Part shown: one piece after another, positions 59,748 through 64,000 of the stretch
How the letters are laid out: each line of letters starts with the position of its first letter
Position numbering within the stretch: the first letter of the stretch is position 1
Assembly: GCA_963785155.1 (NCBI GenBank)
Contig: CAWAUB010000010.1
Span: 1,829 to 65,828 of the forward strand
Origin: an uncultured Thermoleophilia bacterium
GTDB lineage: Bacteria; Actinomycetota; Thermoleophilia; Solirubrobacterales; 70-9
DNA: 64,000 nt
Direction: 5' to 3'
Notes under the pieces: generated by a model
What the model was told of the DNA's origin: nothing
Databases searched by the model: none
The model's input: only the letters and a program-made list of their open reading frames with translations
Program-made: the position numbers and the translations under genes

Positions 59748-60941
59748 CTAGCCCTTCACCTCGTTCCAACCCTGGACCCACTCGTCGTAGGTCTTGCAGT
59801 CGGTGTTGCCATCACCGCAATCGGAGACGGGGGTCTTCCAGAACTCGATCTGGTCGAAGAACTCCTCGTCGTCGGCGTGGTAGATGTCGCAGTGCTCCTT
59901 GTCCGCGGTCAGCGCGCACGACTTCTCGTTCGCTGGCGCCTCTCCGAACCACTCGGCCACGGCGGCGTTCGCCTCCGGGCTGATGATGTGGTTCATCCAC
60001 GCGTACATGCAGTTCGGGTTCTTCGCTTCCGAACTGAGCATCCACGTGTCCGACCAACCGGTCGCGCCCTCTTCGGGCAGCACGACCTCTTCCTTCGATC
60101 CGTCCGCGTTCAGCAGGTTGGCAATTACCTGCCACGTCGTGCCGACCTCGAGGTCGTCGTTGGCGAACGCCTGGATCTCCTTGGTGTAGTCGGACCAGTA
60201 CTCGCCGATGTGCTCGTTCTGCTGCTTCAGCAGCTCGATCGATGCGTCGAACTGCTCCTGATTGAGCTCATACGGATCCTCGATCCCGAGGTCCGGCTGA
60301 TGCTCGCGCAGGTACAGCGCCGCGTCGGCGATGTAGATCGGGTTGTCGTACGCCGTGACCCGACCGCTGTATTCGGACGCGTTGTCGAACACGACATCCC
60401 ACGACTTCGGCGGCGGGTCGACCGACGCCGGGTCGTACATGAGCAGGTTCGATCCACGGCCGTGCGGCACGCCGTAGTTCTCGCCGTCGAACGTGTTGTA
60501 CTCGGTGTCCTTGAGGGCATCGAACACGTCCGCGTAGTTCGGGATCAGGTCGGTGTTGACCGGGACCACGTCGTCGCCCTCATAGAGCCGGCCGGTCGCG
60601 TCGCCCGATGCCGAGACGCCGTCGTACTGACCGGTCCGCATCAGCTGCACCATCTCGTCCGAGGTGTTGCCGATCTTGACGTTGACCTGGCAGCCCGTCT
60701 CCTTCTCGAAGTCGGTCACCCAGTCGACCTTCGGGTCGGTCGACCCGTCCTCCACGTAACCGGCCCAGGCGACGAGGTTCAGCTCGCCCTCGTTCTCGCC
60801 CAGCTCGGTCAGCGCCTCAGAATCCGAGCCGCCGCCGCTGTCATCTTCGTCGTCCGAGCCGCAGCCCATGACGAAGATGAACATCGCCAGACCGGCCAGG
60901 ATCATCAATGCAACCCTGGGGTTGGGTCCTCTCTCGCGCAC
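59748..60941 (-). CDS. potD: Polyamine-type ABC transporter substrate-binding lipoprotein
   Basis: The lipobox is LAMFIFVMGCGSDDEDD. The mature domain is typical of the PotD/PotF family (LNLVAWAGYVEDG...YDPASV...). The start may be the internal Met at 60905. Confidence 0.8.
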   Translation of the reverse strand: MRERGPNPRVALMILAGLAMFIFVMGCGSDDEDDSGGGSDSEALTELGENEGELNLVAWAGYVEDGSTDPKVDWVTDFEKETGCQVNVKIGNTSDEMVQLMRTGQYDGVSASGDATGRLYEGDDVVPVNTDLIPNYADVFDALKDTEYNTFDGENYGVPHGRGSNLLMYDPASVDPPPKSWDVVFDNASEYSGRVTAYDNPIYIADAALYLREHQPDLGIEDPYELNQEQFDASIELLKQQNEHIGEYWSDYTKEIQAFANDDLEVGTTWQVIANLLNADGSKEEVVLPEEGATGWSDTWMLSSEAKNPNCMYAWMNHIISPEANAAVAEWFGEAPANEKSCALTADKEHCDIYHADDEEFFDQIEFWKTPVSDCGDGNTDCKTYDEWVQGWNEVKG

Positions 60942-61951
60942 TACTTGCTCCTCTCCTCAGCGATGGGGACCATGTGCTCGGCCCTCCATCCGATGGTTAT
61001 CTCCTGCCCCTGGCGCCCGTCGTCCTCGGGGTTTCCCTCGACGTTCTGGCGGACCACCTGGAGCTCTCCTCCTGCGTCCAATTGGACCCAATAACGGGTC
61101 AGCATTCCCGCGTACGCGATGTCGCGGACCCGTCCCTCCTCTATGTGAAGACCGTCTCGCGACGCGCCGTTCTCGAGCAGGCGGATCTTCTCCGGCCTGA
61201 TCGTGTAGCGGTGGCCGTCGCGCTCGACGACGTTCGAAACGCCGACGAAGTCGGCGACGAAGGCGTTGGCCGGATGCTCGTAGACCTCGATCGGCGTGCC
61301 CACCTGCTCGATCCGGCCGTCGCTGAAGACCGCGATCCGGTCCGACATCGTCAGGGCCTCCTCCTGGTCGTGGGTCACGTAGACGAACGTGATCCCCACC
61401 TCGGTCTGGATCGCCTGGAGCTCGATCTGCATCTGCTCGCGCAACTTCAGGTCGAGCGCGCCGAGCGGCTCGTCGAGCAGGAGCACCTTCGGCCGGTTGA
61501 CGATCGCCCTCGCGAGCGCGACGCGCTGGCGCTGGCCGCCGGAGAGCTCCTCGGGCTTGCGCTCCTCGTAGCCCTCGAGGCGGACGAGCTCCAGCGCCTC
61601 GTGCGCGCGCTTCGCCCGATCCTCGCGGTCCACCTTCTTCACCTTCAGCCCGTACTCGACGTTCCGTGCCACCGTCATGTGCGGGAAGAGGGCGTAATCC
61701 TGGAAGACCGTGTTCACGTCCCGGTCATAGGGCGGCAACCGGCTGACGTCGGCCCCCCCGAGCTCCACGGTTCCCCGGTCGGGATCCTCGAACCCGGCGA
61801 TCATCCGCAGCGTCGTCGTCTTCCCCGACCCCGAGGGCCCGAGCATCGTGAAGAACTCGCCCGACTCGACCTCGAGATCGATGCCGTCGACGGCGACGAC
61901 GTCGCCATAGACCTTCCGTAGCCCGCGGAGGGCTATCTCGGGTTCGCTCAC
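60941..61951 (-). CDS. potA: Polyamine-type ABC transporter ATPase
   Basis: Walker A is GPSGSGKTTTLRMIAGFEDPDRG, the signature motif is LSGGQRQRVALARA, and Walker B is LLLDEPLGALD. The C-terminus has a TOBE-like domain. Confidence 0.9.
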   Translation of the reverse strand: MSEPEIALRGLRKVYGDVVAVDGIDLEVESGEFFTMLGPSGSGKTTTLRMIAGFEDPDRGTVELGGADVSRLPPYDRDVNTVFQDYALFPHMTVARNVEYGLKVKKVDREDRAKRAHEALELVRLEGYEERKPEELSGGQRQRVALARAIVNRPKVLLLDEPLGALDLKLREQMQIELQAIQTEVGITFVYVTHDQEEALTMSDRIAVFSDGRIEQVGTPIEVYEHPANAFVADFVGVSNVVERDGHRYTIRPEKIRLLENGASRDGLHIEEGRVRDIAYAGMLTRYWVQLDAGGELQVVRQNVEGNPEDDGRQGQEITIGWRAEHMVPIAEERSK

Positions 61952-63318
61952 TTCAGGATGCGTATCAGTTTCTTGTTGACGAACTCGTCCATGCCGTACT
62001 TGCCGAGCTCGCGGCCGAAGCCCGATCGCTTGACGCCGCCGAAAGGAAGCTCGACGCCGTCGAGGAGGACGCCGTTGACGAAGACCATCCCCGTATCGAG
62101 GCCGTCGGCCACGCGCTGCGCCTGCTCGGGATCGTCCGAGAAGACGTAGGAACCGAGGCCGAACGGGGTGTCGTTCGCCACCTCGATCGCCTCCTCCTCG
62201 GAGCCGACCCGGTAGACGCTCGCAACCGGTCCGAAGAATTCCTCGCGGTAGGCGTCGTTGTCTGGGGCGATGCCGGTCAGCACCGTCGTCGGGAAGAAGT
62301 TGTCCTTTCGCTCTCCCCCGGCGACGACCTCGGCACCCTGGGCCACGGCCCGATCGAGCTGGTCCTGCAGGCGCTCCGCGGCGGTCGACGAGGAGAGCGG
62401 CCCCATCGCGGCATCCTCGGAGGTCGGATCACCGGGCTCGGCCGCCTTCATCTTTTCCGTGAACTTCTCGAGGAAGTCCTCGTAGAGGTCGTCGGCGACG
62501 ATGAACCGCTTGGCGGCGTTGCACGACTGGCCGGTGTTGTCGAGGCGAGCCTCCACCGCGGAGTCGACCACCTCGTCGAGGTTCTCGGTGGCGAGCAGGA
62601 TGAACGGGTCGGAGCCCCCGAGCTCGAGCACGACCTTCTTCAGGTTGCGGCCCGCGATCTCGGCGACCGCTGCGCCGGCGCGCTCCGATCCGGTCAGTGA
62701 GACGCCGCGGACCCGCGGGTCGGCGATCGCGTCGGCGATCTGGTCGTTCGTGGCGAGGATCGACTGGAAGGCCCCCTCGGGGAAGCCGGCTTCGTCGTAG
62801 ATCGCCTGGATCGCCTTCGCCGACTCGGGGCACTGAGGAGCGGGCTTGAGCAGGATCGTGTTGCCGACGATCAGGTTCGGGCCGGCGAAGCGAGCCACCT
62901 GGTAGTAGGGGAAGTTCCAGGGCATGATCCCGATCAGCGGGCCCATCGACGTCCGCCGGATCAGCGCCGTGCCCTCTCCGGCCAGCAGCTCGATCGGCTC
63001 GTCGGAGAGGAAGTCCTCGGCGTTACCGGCGTAGTAGCCGTAGATGTCGCCGCAGAAGTCGACCTCGCCGAGGGCCTGCTCCATCGGCTTGCCCATCTCG
63101 CGGACGGCGATCTCGGCCAGCGCCTCCCGCCGCTCGACGTGAAGGTCGGCGACCTTCTGGATCATCGAGGCCCGCTCCGCCACGGAAGTGGTCTGCGACC
63201 AGGTCCGGTGTGCGTCCTCCGCCTTTGCGATGGCGGCCGCGAGACCCTCGTCGGAGATCTCCGGATACTCCTCGACCTTCTCGCCGGTGGCCGGGTTGAC
63301 GACTGCATATGAACTCAT
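61948..63318 (-). CDS. NAD(P)-dependent aldehyde dehydrogenase, succinate-semialdehyde dehydrogenase-like
   Basis: The ORF is 456 aa: YAVVNPATGEKVEEYPEIS...VVLELGGSDPFIL...GQSCNAAKRFIV...PFGGVKRSGFGRE. It has 4-nt overlaps with both neighbours. Confidence 0.85.
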   Translation of the reverse strand: MSSYAVVNPATGEKVEEYPEISDEGLAAAIAKAEDAHRTWSQTTSVAERASMIQKVADLHVERREALAEIAVREMGKPMEQALGEVDFCGDIYGYYAGNAEDFLSDEPIELLAGEGTALIRRTSMGPLIGIMPWNFPYYQVARFAGPNLIVGNTILLKPAPQCPESAKAIQAIYDEAGFPEGAFQSILATNDQIADAIADPRVRGVSLTGSERAGAAVAEIAGRNLKKVVLELGGSDPFILLATENLDEVVDSAVEARLDNTGQSCNAAKRFIVADDLYEDFLEKFTEKMKAAEPGDPTSEDAAMGPLSSSTAAERLQDQLDRAVAQGAEVVAGGERKDNFFPTTVLTGIAPDNDAYREEFFGPVASVYRVGSEEEAIEVANDTPFGLGSYVFSDDPEQAQRVADGLDTGMVFVNGVLLDGVELPFGGVKRSGFGRELGKYGMDEFVNKKLIRILK

Positions 63319-64000
63319 CTCAATGCCTCCTCGACGCTTACGTTTTCAGCTCCCACTCCCTCGGCCACCGCCGGGTGTGTGACGCTGCCGTTTGCGACGT
63401 TCACGCCCATCCGCAAACCGGGGTCGGCTTCGATCGCGTCGACCACGCCCTTGTCGGCGAGCGCCACCACGTAGGGGAGCGTCGCGTTCGTCAGGGCGAA
63501 GGTCGCGGTGATCGGCACCGCGCCCGGCATGTTGGTGACGCAGTAGTGGGTGACGCCGTCGACCTCGAAGGTGGGATCGCGATGCGTCGTCGGCCGGGAC
63601 GTCTCGAAGCAGCCGCCCTGATCGATCGAGACGTCGACGAGGACGGCGCCCGGGCGCATCGTCGAGAGCTGCTCGCGGCGGATCACATGCGGCGCTTTGG
63701 CGCCGTGGACGAGGACGGCGCCGATCACCATGTCGGCGCGCGGCAGCATCTCCTCGATCGACAGCACCGACGAGTAGACGGTCGAGGCGCGCCCGCCGAA
63801 GGCCATGTCGAGCTCGCGCAGGCGGTCGATCGAACGGTCGAAGACGAAGACGTCGGCCTCCATCCCGATCGCGATGAAGGCGGCGTTGAGACCGACGGCG
63901 CCGCCGCCGATCACCAGCACGTTGGCCGCGGCGACGCCGGGGACGCCACCGAGGAGAATGCCGCGGCCGCCAAAGGGCTTCTCGAGCATGTAGGCGCCCG
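63315..64000 (-). CDS. ald: Alanine dehydrogenase, C-terminal part; the gene continues past the right window edge
   Basis: [47 protein letters not shown]...[21 protein letters not shown]...[12 protein letters not shown]. The frame stays open to the window end. Confidence 0.85.
   Translation of the reverse strand, partial: GAYMLEKPFGGRGILLGGVPGVAAANVLVIGGGAVGLNAAFIAIGMEADVFVFDRSIDRLRELDMAFGGRASTVYSSVLSIEEMLPRADMVIGAVLVHGAKAPHVIRREQLSTMRPGAVLVDVSIDQGGCFETSRPTTHRDPTFEVDGVTHYCVTNMPGAVPITATFALTNATLPYVVALADKGVVDAIEADPGLRMGVNVANGSVTHPAVAEGVGAENVSVEEALR

Overview
This is a very GC-rich, actinobacterial-type chromosomal segment. Its gene content resembles deep-branching Actinobacteria, but the taxon is inference only. 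I saw no rRNA, tRNA, CRISPR array, transposase or prophage genes.

Gene layout, left to right:
- 1-8.7 kb: a cell-envelope glycan cluster with a GT4 glycosyltransferase, an O-antigen-ligase-like protein, a priming phosphoglycosyltransferase, a TetR regulator and two paralogous clan GH-A hydrolases.
- Next: DEAD-box helicase, quinone oxidoreductase, GH15 hydrolase, epimerase, PfkB kinase, citrate synthase, several small hypotheticals, an HD-GYP response regulator, tandem acyl-CoA dehydrogenases, a GNAT and a second GH15.
- Then: a UbiA-family (DPPR-synthase-like) prenyltransferase, an AGPS-like flavoenzyme, a DesA3-type desaturase with its reductase, and an AcrA1-type fatty acyl-CoA reductase.
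- Centre: a Kgd/OdhA-type 2-oxoglutarate dehydrogenase. It is preceded by two lipoyl domains and an E3-binding domain that lie in other reading frames, and is followed directly by korAB.
- Right half: a secreted amine oxidase, a PQQ sugar dehydrogenase, a 6C-like sRNA candidate, aconitase, an SDR and a penicillin-acylase-family protein.
- Right end: two tandem c-di-AMP (ydaO-type) riboswitch + NlpC/P60 modules, a CHASE-PP2C sensor phosphatase coupled to azlCD, and a potABCD-aldehyde dehydrogenase-ald operon.

The most striking global feature is that at least 15 otherwise well-conserved genes are interrupted by frameshifts or in-frame stops. Sequence alone cannot decide between assembly error and genuine gene decay.

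Most of the long Arg/Pro/Gly/Ala-rich ORFs in the six-frame track are antisense or off-frame shadows of real genes.
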